From assembly GCA_018716225.1 (NCBI GenBank), contig DVKE01000011.1:1-49265 (forward strand): 49,265 nucleotides of DNA, in the 5' to 3' direction. Each line of letters opens with the position of its first letter. The stretch's first letter is position 1. The DNA is from Candidatus Onthousia faecigallinarum (GTDB lineage: Bacteria > Bacillota_I > Bacilli_A > RF39 > UBA660). The notes under the pieces were generated by a model, which made no database searches, was not told where the DNA came from, and worked only from the letters and a program-made list of their open reading frames with translations. Positions 10,962 to 19,565 of this stretch are shown in pieces. A program made the position numbers and the translations under genes.

Positions 10962-11399
10962 TTATTGTAAGCGTTCTCTTATTTTACTCGATACTTCTTT
11001 CATATCACATTTGCCTTTTACTTTCGGGCTGACTATTCCCATGATTTTTCCCATATCAGACATACCAGTTGGTTTTATTTCGGCGATCGTCTCATCTATA
11101 ATCTTATCAATTTCTTCTTCGGTCAAAGGTTTTGGCAAATATTCTCTAATGATATCAACTTCTTCTTGTTCCTTTTCTACTAAATCACTTCTACCTGCTT
11201 TTTGATAAGAATCAATCGAATCCTCTCGCATTTTTACCTGTTTCAATAAAACATCCATAACAACATCATCTGTAATTTCGCATTTCTTATCAATTCGCAC
11301 TTGATCAACACTCGCCTTAATCATACGAAGAACTGCAAGACGCTTACTGTTTTTCACTTTCATAGCCTCTACCATATCTTTTTTTATTTTATCAAACAT
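10962..11399 (-). CDS. yqeY: GatB/YqeY domain protein
   Basis: DMVEAMK...RLAVLRMIKA...KMREDSIDSY...GRSDLVEKE...YLP...DMGKIMG. Start set at ATG 11399 behind an AAAGGA RBS. Confidence 0.9.
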   Translation of the reverse strand: MFDKIKKDMVEAMKVKNSKRLAVLRMIKASVDQVRIDKKCEITDDVVMDVLLKQVKMREDSIDSYQKAGRSDLVEKEQEEVDIIREYLPKPLTEEEIDKIIDETIAEIKPTGMSDMGKIMGIVSPKVKGKCDMKEVSSKIRERLQ

Positions 11400-11493
11400 A
11401 ATATCCGTCCTTTCTTTTTTACCATAACACGCAAAACTATGTTCGTCAACCAAATTTAAAAAAGAAATCATACGACTTTTCGTATGTATCTTC

Positions 11494-12129
11494 TTATTCC
11501 GCTACCAATTCTCTACCCGTTAAATAATAATGATCACCATCGTTTTCAAAAGTAAAATGATAAGTAGAAAGAACTTCCCCTAACGTACCATCTAATACAT
11601 CTACGGTTAAAACGATCTCATCACCCTCTTCTTCACTGTCCCGTAAAGATAAATTTACAGGAGCAGCATCACTTAATTCCTTCCGTTCAAATACAACAAC
11701 CCCTTGATTGGTCGCATCATAATAAGCAAAATGATTTGTATCTACCCCAAAATCTTTCAGAGTAATACCCACATTAGGCCCATAAAGATCACTTGCCGCT
11801 TTCTTTAAATCTTCCTCACTGACAAAAGAAGCCGGTGATACACATTGATATTCTTCTGTATCCGTAGGAATTGTTAACGTATCACACGAAATCGACTCAT
11901 TCTCTGCATTATGATAAGCATAGTAAAGAATGGCATCATTACTCATGATATCCAAAAAATCAAAATCAACATAAGCGATCTTTTGATATAATTCCTTCAC
12001 TAGCCCTTGATCTACAGTACCTTTCGTAGAGCCACCCAAATGTTTATACGCAAAAAAGATCGCTCCTACAAAAATTTCAAGAACGACAATAAGAGCAACA
12101 ACCTTTATCCAAGTATATTTTTTCTCCAT
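11494..12129 (-). CDS. Uncharacterised N-terminally anchored acidic extracellular protein (paralog family with 4044..4874)
   Basis: Single TM helix plus ectodomain ending TYHFTFENDGDHYYL. Confidence 0.7.
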   Translation of the reverse strand: MEKKYTWIKVVALIVVLEIFVGAIFFAYKHLGGSTKGTVDQGLVKELYQKIAYVDFDFLDIMSNDAILYYAYHNAENESISCDTLTIPTDTEEYQCVSPASFVSEEDLKKAASDLYGPNVGITLKDFGVDTNHFAYYDATNQGVVVFERKELSDAAPVNLSLRDSEEEGDEIVLTVDVLDGTLGEVLSTYHFTFENDGDHYYLTGRELVAE

Positions 12130-12131
12130 TT

Positions 12132-12446
12132 TTACACCTTCTTTTTATGAATAAAGAATTTGATGATATAACTTTCAAAAATAATCATGATAACAATAAA
12201 AGCCCAAGCTAAAATGGTATAAAGCACTCCATCGGTATATTTATCTATAATAGCCAAAATACTCTCAGGAATATATTTTGCAATTAAAGCAGACACATCA
12301 GGTAGGCCAATATTATCACGAATAAAGGTTAAAATTCGCAAAAGAATATCAACAATGGCGATAAAATAAACAAAACTTGAAAACCGTTTAAAAAACATGA
12401 CAACCACAAGGATTAAAACAATTAATACTATTAAATCAATATACAT
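12132..12446 (-). CDS. Small integral membrane protein
   Basis: 104 aa, about 3 hydrophobic helices, GAGGTG RBS, coupled to the next gene. Confidence 0.75.
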   Translation of the reverse strand: MYIDLIVLIVLILVVVMFFKRFSSFVYFIAIVDILLRILTFIRDNIGLPDVSALIAKYIPESILAIIDKYTDGVLYTILAWAFIVIMIIFESYIIKFFIHKKKV

Positions 12447-12480
12447 CTTTCCACCTCTATTATTCTCATTATACTACAAC

Positions 12481-13011
12481 TTATTCAAAATAGGGATTCT
12501 TTTTCTTCTCTTCTCCTAAAGAACTATCTTCCCCATGACCAGAATAAATGACTATATCATCTGGATACTTTGAAATCTTCTGTAGAGAATTTTTCATATC
12601 CGCCATACTTCCAGTAGGCAAATCACAACGCCCTATATTCTCTTTAAAAAGAAAATCACCTACAAACATTACTTTTTCTTTTTCAAAGTAAAAAGTAACG
12701 GAATCACTACTATGTCCAGGTGTGTAAATCACTTGAAAAGTAAAATCACCAACCTTCTTCTCTTCTCCATCCATCAAATTACTTTTCTTATACACCATTA
12801 ACTTTCGATTTTCATTTAAAAAATCCCGTAGAGCTCCAATATGATCAAAATGACTATGCGTAATTAGAATCGCTTGCACTTTATGATCCCCTACTACTTC
12901 TTTAATTTTTTTACTATCAGCACCAGGATCGACAATTAAACAAGTTTTATCACTCAATAATACATAGCAATTTTCCTCTAATGCCCCTGTAACAATTTTT
13001 TTAATTTCCAT
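12481..13011 (-). CDS. MBL-fold metallo-hydrolase (glyoxalase II/YqgX-like)
   Basis: THSHFDHIGA, TPGHS, GDFLF, GRCDLP, SGHG. Confidence 0.92.
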   Translation of the reverse strand: MEIKKIVTGALEENCYVLLSDKTCLIVDPGADSKKIKEVVGDHKVQAILITHSHFDHIGALRDFLNENRKLMVYKKSNLMDGEEKKVGDFTFQVIYTPGHSSDSVTFYFEKEKVMFVGDFLFKENIGRCDLPTGSMADMKNSLQKISKYPDDIVIYSGHGEDSSLGEEKKKNPYFE

Positions 13012-13043
13012 TTTTATCCCCTCACATATTATTAGAATAGTAG

Positions 13044-13068
13044 AAAAAAAGGCCCCTTGTCAAGAGGC
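13044..13068 (-). terminator. Rho-independent terminator downstream of the cryptic dockerin; overlaps a TTGACA -35 for the MBL gene
   Basis: - strand GCCTCTT-GAC-AAGGGGC followed by C and T7. Confidence 0.7.
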
Positions 13069-13080
13069 AAAACATACTAT

Positions 13081-13248
13081 CTAGTTTCCTTGCGCTTGTT
13101 CCGTTAACGTTATAATGTCAAATACATCAATTTCTCCACTACTATTGAAATCACACTGAGGATAATAATCATCCGTTGTACCAGCACTAAGAGCATTTGA
13201 TAAAAGCGTTACATCCTCTTCAGTAACAACCCCATCTCCATTTGGATC
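13081..13248 (-). pseudogene. Dockerin type I domain in frame after the TGA stop of 13249..15120 (nonsense-truncated or read-through C-terminus)
   Basis: Manual translation: DPNGDGVVTEEDVTLLSNAL...QCDFNSSGEIDVFDIITLTEQAQGN*. Two DxNxxGxxxxxD calcium-binding repeats; no own start or RBS. Confidence 0.8.
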
Positions 13249-15120
13249 TCAAACAGAAGCATTGAGAGCAATGGTAAAAGGATCTTCTTTGGTTCCACTA
13301 CCAGCAGTAATGATAACTTCGGATTTTAAATTAAAAGAAGGCCGAATTGCATTAGTACTATTAGGAAGATCGTTGCCCACATAGCCACGAGTGCCCACAA
13401 AGTGTACGTAAGTCGTATCACCTGGTGTTAAAATCCAATAATCTACATTATCAGAACGATTAAATTGACCGGCCATTAATTCTCCTAAGCGAAGCAATCC
13501 TACTTTTGCACTAGTATGATCGGTAAAAGTATTGCCTGTTGCCGTTGTATATTTTGCTAAACGATAACTTGCCCCCTCTCCTACGGTTCCTAAATACCAA
13601 GTCGTATTATCCTCTATCATACTAGCATAAGTATTGCCGACATAATTGGTAAGATACTCCCCATGGAGAAAATTTCCTATCGGAGAATTGCTACTATAAT
13701 AAACACTACCAGAAAATCTTTGAGCAAGAAACTGTCCATCACTCTTTAAGGATGCAGCAGCCACAATCTTTGTTAATCCACTTGTTTCATGGCTCACAAT
13801 TTGATATAACGTATTTTCGCCTGTTCCAAACGTAAGATATTCCCCACTATATCTTGTATTCAATAAAGTTCCATTTAGATTAGTATCATTATCCCCTTCT
13901 AATCGATATGGATTGTTTTCTGACCCATCTCCGCTTACAATTCGAATGCCTGATTTTAGATTTATCGATGGCCGGATGCCAATTGCTTTCCCTGAAGGGT
14001 AATAACTTACACTACCTGATGCAACTGCACGAACATCAGATGCGCTATATGGGGTTAATAACCACCAATAAAGCCCATTATTCAAATAACCCTCCGTACT
14101 CGTGGTACCATTATAACTCATTGTATATTCATACATATTTAATAAACCAACCGGATCCGTTACCATAGTGGTTTCCGCTGGTTTCGTTGTTGCGGTTGTC
14201 ATGGTTGCATTCCAATTACTATCCGTTTTAATAAAGCGACTATAATCTCTCAAATTCCCTAAAAAACCATCCACCGAAGTATCATTTAACCAAGACTCCA
14301 TATAACTTCCTGCAAAAGCCGTATTATTCGATGAATTATAAGGAATCCCACTAATATTCCATTGCGTTACTAATTTGACACTATTATCACTTGGATCAAT
14401 ACTTACTGCTCGCCATAATTTCCCACTATACCAAATATAGTTATTTGGATCCGTTCCTGTAATAAAAGTTTGATCCGGATCACTTGTATCAACGTTTCCA
14501 TTTTCTCCTACAGAAGCAAGAAGTGTTTCAGAAACCGTTTTTCTTTCTTCTGTCTGAACTGCTTCTAATTTTAATTTTCCATAATAAACTTTCCCCTCTG
14601 CCTCATTTCCAGTGTCAATATCAAGCCAAAGACGTAATTCATAAGAATTTTTCTCCCCTTTTTCTAGATAACCATCCATCAAAAAGCCAGTCTCGCCTAA
14701 CGTACCAATCTTAGAAACACCATTTTCTTTCATTTCATAACGAATGTCATTTACATCTAACGGTTCGCAAGAAACCATAGCCTCTTTCTTACAACTAGCA
14801 AGACCTTCTTCATCTACTTCCAAAGACAAGCGAAAACTCGCTGGGACATCACTATTATTTTGAACGGTAAAAGTATAAGGGTCCAAGGCTTGTCCATCCG
14901 CATCTTCCGTTGGTATTGCATATTTTAAAACAATTCCCTCACTCGTGGATTCATCTAATATTAAATCAAGATCTCCTACGGTAACCGTTAAATTTTTTTG
15001 ACCAATCACGGTTTGACTTAACCAAGCATAAGATAAACCAACTAATAGACAAACAAATAAAACAATCGAAAAAATAATAACAATCTTTTTCTTTCCCAAT
15101 TCTTGCGTTTTTGCTTTCAT
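13249..15120 (-). CDS. Secreted surface protein: TasA/SipW-type signal peptide, camelysin/TasA-like N-domain, two DUF6273-like (C-type-lectin-like) domains
   Basis: Signal ending GLSYA|WLS; YTFTVQN...YELRLWLD...YYGKLKL; two copies of the YxxxxGxxWR/Y...GLL...YWxLTP...IRPSxNLK...GxGxxxxPY/F repeat. Confidence 0.75.
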   Translation of the reverse strand: MKAKTQELGKKKIVIIFSIVLFVCLLVGLSYAWLSQTVIGQKNLTVTVGDLDLILDESTSEGIVLKYAIPTEDADGQALDPYTFTVQNNSDVPASFRLSLEVDEEGLASCKKEAMVSCEPLDVNDIRYEMKENGVSKIGTLGETGFLMDGYLEKGEKNSYELRLWLDIDTGNEAEGKVYYGKLKLEAVQTEERKTVSETLLASVGENGNVDTSDPDQTFITGTDPNNYIWYSGKLWRAVSIDPSDNSVKLVTQWNISGIPYNSSNNTAFAGSYMESWLNDTSVDGFLGNLRDYSRFIKTDSNWNATMTTATTKPAETTMVTDPVGLLNMYEYTMSYNGTTSTEGYLNNGLYWWLLTPYSASDVRAVASGSVSYYPSGKAIGIRPSINLKSGIRIVSGDGSENNPYRLEGDNDTNLNGTLLNTRYSGEYLTFGTGENTLYQIVSHETSGLTKIVAAASLKSDGQFLAQRFSGSVYYSSNSPIGNFLHGEYLTNYVGNTYASMIEDNTTWYLGTVGEGASYRLAKYTTATGNTFTDHTSAKVGLLRLGELMAGQFNRSDNVDYWILTPGDTTYVHFVGTRGYVGNDLPNSTNAIRPSFNLKSEVIITAGSGTKEDPFTIALNASV

Positions 15121-15154
15121 TCTTGACACCCTACCTTTATGATTATTCTAACAT

Positions 15155-15183
15155 AAAAAAAGAAAGAGGACTACCCTCTTTTT
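15155..15183 (-). terminator. Rho-independent terminator after the small membrane peptide gene
   Basis: + strand AAAGAGG-ACTAC-CCTCTTT inverted repeat flanked by A/T tracts. Confidence 0.55.
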
Positions 15184-15191
15184 ACGAAACT

Positions 15192-15347
15192 TTACATCAT
15201 CATACTGTCTTCAACATCATCTGCTACCTGCATCATTTTGCATTTTATTTTTTGTAATTTATCAGGATTTTTCTTAAAATAAATTACCATACCAGCTCCT
15301 ATTCCTGCTAACACAGCTGCAGATAAAAACATTTTTTTCTTATCCAT
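15192..15347 (-). CDS. Small 51-aa membrane peptide, YrzQ-like (missed by the ORF track)
   Basis: AGGAGG RBS; MDKKKMFLSAAVLAGIGAGMVIYFKKNPDKLQKIKCKMMQVADDVEDSMMM*. Lies downstream of recD2, as yrzQ does in B. subtilis. Confidence 0.7.
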   Translation of the reverse strand: MDKKKMFLSAAVLAGIGAGMVIYFKKNPDKLQKIKCKMMQVADDVEDSMMM

Positions 15348-15367
15348 ATTATCATGCCTCCTAAAAA

Positions 15368-15396
15368 TAGTATGGAAAAAAGAAATTAAATTATAC
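15368..15396 (-). promoter_or_regulatory. Putative sigma-G-type (forespore) promoter
   Basis: - strand GTATA-N17-CATACTA, followed by TTTTTAGG as at 48845..48873. Confidence 0.45.
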
Positions 15397-17566
15397 CATT
15401 TTTTAAATAAAAGCCAAGAGTTGTTTTTCTTTTCCGCTCTTGATTGTTTAAAACCGCAAGAGAAAAAGCTTCAAAATCTCCAATTAAAATTAATTTTTTC
15501 TTACTTCTCGTAATTCCCGTATAAAGAAGTTTTCGATAAAGCATTTTATGATAAGCCATAACCAAAGGAATGATCACCATCTCAAATTCACTTCCTTGGC
15601 TTTTATGAATGGAAATAGCATAAGCATGCGCTAATTTAGAAAACATCGCAGGTGTATATTTTACTAAGTTAGAATCGAAATCAACATAAATTTCTTTTTT
15701 ATTTAATGTTTTAATTGTTTCAATATAACCAATATCCCCATTAAAAACAAAATCATCTGGCCTATTACTTAATTGAATGACTTTATCCTCTTCTCGGTAA
15801 ATGACATCACCGCTTGTAATCTCTTTTTTTCTTAATGCTTTCGGATTCCAAATTTTTTGCATTTCTTTATTAATATTATCGATGCCATTTTGTGTTTTAT
15901 ACATCGGTGCTAAAATCTGTACTTCATTGCTCTTATAATCTTTACAAATTTCTTTCATTGCTTCTAAGACTTGATCATCCGGACAAGAAAGGAACTGCAA
16001 GTCTTCTCCTTGTCTAAAAATATCTGGATCCACAATTCCTTCTTTCACTTCATGAGCCAGTGTGATAATATGAGAATCTTTTCCTTGACGATATAAATTT
16101 TTTAGAGCAATGACCTCTAACTCTTCACTTTCAATTAAATCCTTTAAGACTTCCCCAGCTCCCACACTTGGTAATTGATCGGCATCTCCTACAAAAACCA
16201 CTTTACAATTGCTAGAAAGTCCTTTTAATAAATTACTTAATAATAAGGTATCTACCATACTCGTTTCATCAACGATTACAAATTTTGTATTACTTTTATG
16301 ATATTCATTGACTTGAAAGCGATTGGTATCTTTATTCCATTTTAAGAAACGATGAATCGTAGAAGCCGGAAAAGCAGTCGCTTCACTCATTCTTTTACTT
16401 GCTCTTCCGGTAGGAGCCAGTAATGTAATGTTTTCTTCTAATTTTTCTTTTTGTTCCGGAAAAGACAAACGATATAAATCAAGAATTCCTCGAATGATCG
16501 TTGTTTTCCCAGTACCCGGTCCACCAGTAATTACCACCACTTGACTAATAATCGCCTCTTTCATCGCTCTTTTCTGTTCTTCATTATAAGTAATGGCATT
16601 TTGCTTTTCAATTTCACTTAAATAAGTATTTATTTTCTTTAACTCTTTTTTCTTGGTATGAGCAAGCATTCGTAAACGTCTAGCGATAAAGATTTCCGCA
16701 TCATAATATTCTTTTAAATACCATTTCTCACTTCTATTTACCAATCTTTCTTCTTTCTCTAAAGCCAAAAATGCTTCTTGATACTTCTCTTTCTCTAGTT
16801 CTTTTTTTAACACTCTAGAAAGAAAAGGAATAATTTCTTCTTGCAGAAAATATGTATGGCCAACAGTATTCGTTAACTCTCTCATCACATAAACAATGGC
16901 CGCTTTCACTCTTCTTGGATCATCTTTGGCTAGATCATGAGCAAAAGAGATCCGATCAATTTGAGAAAAAGAAATATCATCAAGATCATAATAGATCTGA
17001 TAAACATCATTCATTAAAACACGAATGGCATTTTCTTTATAGAAATGATAAATTTTCATACTTTCTTTGGTTGTAAAACCATACTCTGTTAATTTTAAAA
17101 TTGCCTCATAACTTCCTTGATAAGATAATAATCCTTGATGTAGAATATCCACTTGCTTTTGGGTAATCGAAGGAACACAAATTAAATCAGAAGGATGATG
17201 TAAAATAACTTCAAAAGTATCCTCATGAAAAACATTAACAATCTTTTCTGCAGTCTTCGCTCCAATGCCGGGGAATAAGTCAGAAGAAAGTACTTCTACC
17301 ATAGCATTATTCTCCTTAGGCATCATTCTCTCAAAATGATCAACTGCAAATTGATCCCCATATTTCGCATGATGTACTTTTTTTCCTTCGAAAAGATAGG
17401 TATCAATTTCATTTAAATCCGGAAAGTAACCCGTAAAAGAAATCGTCTGATTCAGCCAATCTTTTAAATCTTCACTTGCTTCCTTCACTTTAAAAAGTCC
17501 AATCAAATAACCATTACTTGAAGAGGAAAAAATTTCTTTTTTAAAATTCCCTTTTATAAAAGACAT
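15386..17566 (-). CDS. recD2: ATP-dependent RecD2 helicase (YrrC)
   Basis: ITGGPGTGKT, LLAPTGRA, STIHR, IVDETSM, GDADQLPSVG, AISIHKSQGSEF, LLYTGITR. Confidence 0.95.
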   Translation of the reverse strand: MSFIKGNFKKEIFSSSSNGYLIGLFKVKEASEDLKDWLNQTISFTGYFPDLNEIDTYLFEGKKVHHAKYGDQFAVDHFERMMPKENNAMVEVLSSDLFPGIGAKTAEKIVNVFHEDTFEVILHHPSDLICVPSITQKQVDILHQGLLSYQGSYEAILKLTEYGFTTKESMKIYHFYKENAIRVLMNDVYQIYYDLDDISFSQIDRISFAHDLAKDDPRRVKAAIVYVMRELTNTVGHTYFLQEEIIPFLSRVLKKELEKEKYQEAFLALEKEERLVNRSEKWYLKEYYDAEIFIARRLRMLAHTKKKELKKINTYLSEIEKQNAITYNEEQKRAMKEAIISQVVVITGGPGTGKTTIIRGILDLYRLSFPEQKEKLEENITLLAPTGRASKRMSEATAFPASTIHRFLKWNKDTNRFQVNEYHKSNTKFVIVDETSMVDTLLLSNLLKGLSSNCKVVFVGDADQLPSVGAGEVLKDLIESEELEVIALKNLYRQGKDSHIITLAHEVKEGIVDPDIFRQGEDLQFLSCPDDQVLEAMKEICKDYKSNEVQILAPMYKTQNGIDNINKEMQKIWNPKALRKKEITSGDVIYREEDKVIQLSNRPDDFVFNGDIGYIETIKTLNKKEIYVDFDSNLVKYTPAMFSKLAHAYAISIHKSQGSEFEMVIIPLVMAYHKMLYRKLLYTGITRSKKKLILIGDFEAFSLAVLNNQERKRKTTLGFYLKNGII

Positions 17567-18846
17567 GCCTCTTCCTCCTTTACTACCCCCATACAGTAAC
17601 TGTTAAAACATTCTTTGATTTCTACTTTCACAAAAGTATTGGGTTTGATCTCTTCTTTTACTTTTACTTTTAAATAGTTTGAGGTATGTCCGGTACTAAT
17701 TCCATCTTTCGAAGTTTCTATAAGGACTTCTAAGGTTTTCCCTTGAAATTTTTGGGCATAAGCAAGTTCTAATTCTCGTGAAACGGCTGTCAACCTTCTA
17801 GCTCTATCTTTCTTCGTAAGAGGATCAACTTGATTTGGAAATTCGACTGCTTTTGTACCTTTGCGCTCCGAATAAGGGAAAACATGAATTTTAGCAAAAG
17901 AAATCTTTTTCGCATAAGCACAGGTTTCTAAAAACATTTCTTCGGTCTCTCCCGGAAAGCCTACAATAATATCCGTCGTAATAGAAATATCAGGACGAAT
18001 CTCTCTTATCTTCTTAATAATTTCTTCATATTCTTTTAAGTCATACTTTCTTCCCATCGCTTTTAAAACAGGATCGCTTCCCGCTTGCAAAGGAATATGC
18101 AAATGGTTAGCAATTATCTTAGAATCACGTAACACTTCTAAGACCTCACCTGTCATTTCCGTCGCTTCAACACTAGAAATACGTAATCTTTTTAACCCTT
18201 TGATCTGCACCATTTCTTTTAATAAATCGGCAAAAGAAGTCTCCAAATCAACTCCATAGTGTCCCGTATGAATCCCAGTTAACACTAACTCTTGATACCC
18301 ATTTTCTACTAACTTTCTCGCTTCTTTTAAGGCCATCTTCGGATCTTTGCTCCGACACTTCCCTCTGACATAAGGAATAATACAATAATTACAAAAATTT
18401 TCACAACCATCTTGAATCTTTAAAAAAGCCCGACATCTTCCTTCAAAATGGGTTAGAAACATATCTTCAAATTTTTCTTTCGGTCCAAAAGGAACGTGAA
18501 TCTCTTCTTTTTTGGTAAAATATTCATCCAAAAGAGAAACAATGGCACTTTTGTTTTTATTCCCAATATAAATGTCAATCGCTTCATCACGGTAATTTCC
18601 ATTCGCTTCCACAAAACATCCCATTGCTACCAAACAAGCCTTGGGATTTCTTCGTTTCGCTTGATGAATCATCTTCCTGCTCTTGGCATCCGAAGTATTG
18701 GTTACGGTACAAGTATTAATAATATAAACATCACAAACAGAATCAAAAGGGGCAATGGCATAACCAGCTTTTTCTAACGTTTCAACAATGTATTCACTCT
18801 CATAAGTATTAACTTTACAACCTAAAGTACAAATTCCAACCCGCAT
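17554..18846 (-). CDS. mtaB: tRNA t6A37 methylthiotransferase MtaB
   Basis: TLGCKVNTYES, NTCTVT, radical-SAM CENFCNYC, LTGIHTG, KIHVFPYSER, TRAM domain. Start ATG 18846 behind GGAGG. Confidence 0.95.
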   Translation of the reverse strand: MRVGICTLGCKVNTYESEYIVETLEKAGYAIAPFDSVCDVYIINTCTVTNTSDAKSRKMIHQAKRRNPKACLVAMGCFVEANGNYRDEAIDIYIGNKNKSAIVSLLDEYFTKKEEIHVPFGPKEKFEDMFLTHFEGRCRAFLKIQDGCENFCNYCIIPYVRGKCRSKDPKMALKEARKLVENGYQELVLTGIHTGHYGVDLETSFADLLKEMVQIKGLKRLRISSVEATEMTGEVLEVLRDSKIIANHLHIPLQAGSDPVLKAMGRKYDLKEYEEIIKKIREIRPDISITTDIIVGFPGETEEMFLETCAYAKKISFAKIHVFPYSERKGTKAVEFPNQVDPLTKKDRARRLTAVSRELELAYAQKFQGKTLEVLIETSKDGISTGHTSNYLKVKVKEEIKPNTFVKVEIKECFNSYCMGVVKEEEACLL

Positions 18847-18872
18847 AACGAAAACCTCCAAAAGAAAAAAGC

Positions 18873-19529
18873 TTAATGTCTTTGCTTCTTTACAATCATA
18901 TAAACCTTACTTTTTTCTTTATCTTTATCTATATATATTTTATACTGTTCTGTCTTATTTTGTTGTCTCTGACATAAAATTTTTGCTAAATTCTCCTGAT
19001 AAAAAGGAATAAAAGCCTCATCCTGCCTAGAAAAATTACCCCCTGTCTTTTCAAAGGTATAAACGGAAGGAACCGTGGTCTCATAAACCCTATAATTTCC
19101 CTTCTCCACTTGATACCCATCCATCTTTTCTTCGAAAGGAAATTGATAAGCAAACTCTTTTTTCTTCTCCCAAAACATACTTTCATAAGTAAAAAACTGA
19201 TACCCTAATAATAATACTCGATAGTCGTCTCGTTTTTCTCCTTCCTTTTCATTTTCATCCAACCATTCCTCGCGATAACGATCCATTCGATGAAAAAGTT
19301 CCTCTTCCGTTAAAGTTAAAAAATCCAAATAAGAAGGAATTTCAGTTCTCTTTTTCAATGCTTTTATAATACTAGGATCACTCGAAGAAAGAAAATCATC
19401 CCCTGCCAAAGTGAATTTTCGACGGGAAAGATCTACAAGTTTTTTATTATCTGGTTCTGTTTGTGCCAAAAAATCAAGATCTCTTTTTTGAAAATAAACT
19501 TTCTTTTCATCTTTACTAAATATTTTCAT
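18873..19529 (-). CDS. Hypothetical cytoplasmic protein
   Basis: 218-aa ORF with AGGAGG RBS and a TATAAT upstream; no recognisable motif. Confidence 0.65.
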   Translation of the reverse strand: MKIFSKDEKKVYFQKRDLDFLAQTEPDNKKLVDLSRRKFTLAGDDFLSSSDPSIIKALKKRTEIPSYLDFLTLTEEELFHRMDRYREEWLDENEKEGEKRDDYRVLLLGYQFFTYESMFWEKKKEFAYQFPFEEKMDGYQVEKGNYRVYETTVPSVYTFEKTGGNFSRQDEAFIPFYQENLAKILCQRQQNKTEQYKIYIDKDKEKSKVYMIVKKQRH

Positions 19530-19565
19530 GCTACGCCTCCTAAACGTGCCTTTATTATATAATTT

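Noticed and set aside
13249..13251. Genome-wide TGA recoding (code 4 or 25) or selenocysteine
   Set aside because: TGA acts as a true stop elsewhere (ATGA overlaps at 260, 994, 31973, 33148), long genes contain no internal TGA, and no convincing SECIS hairpin follows this codon.
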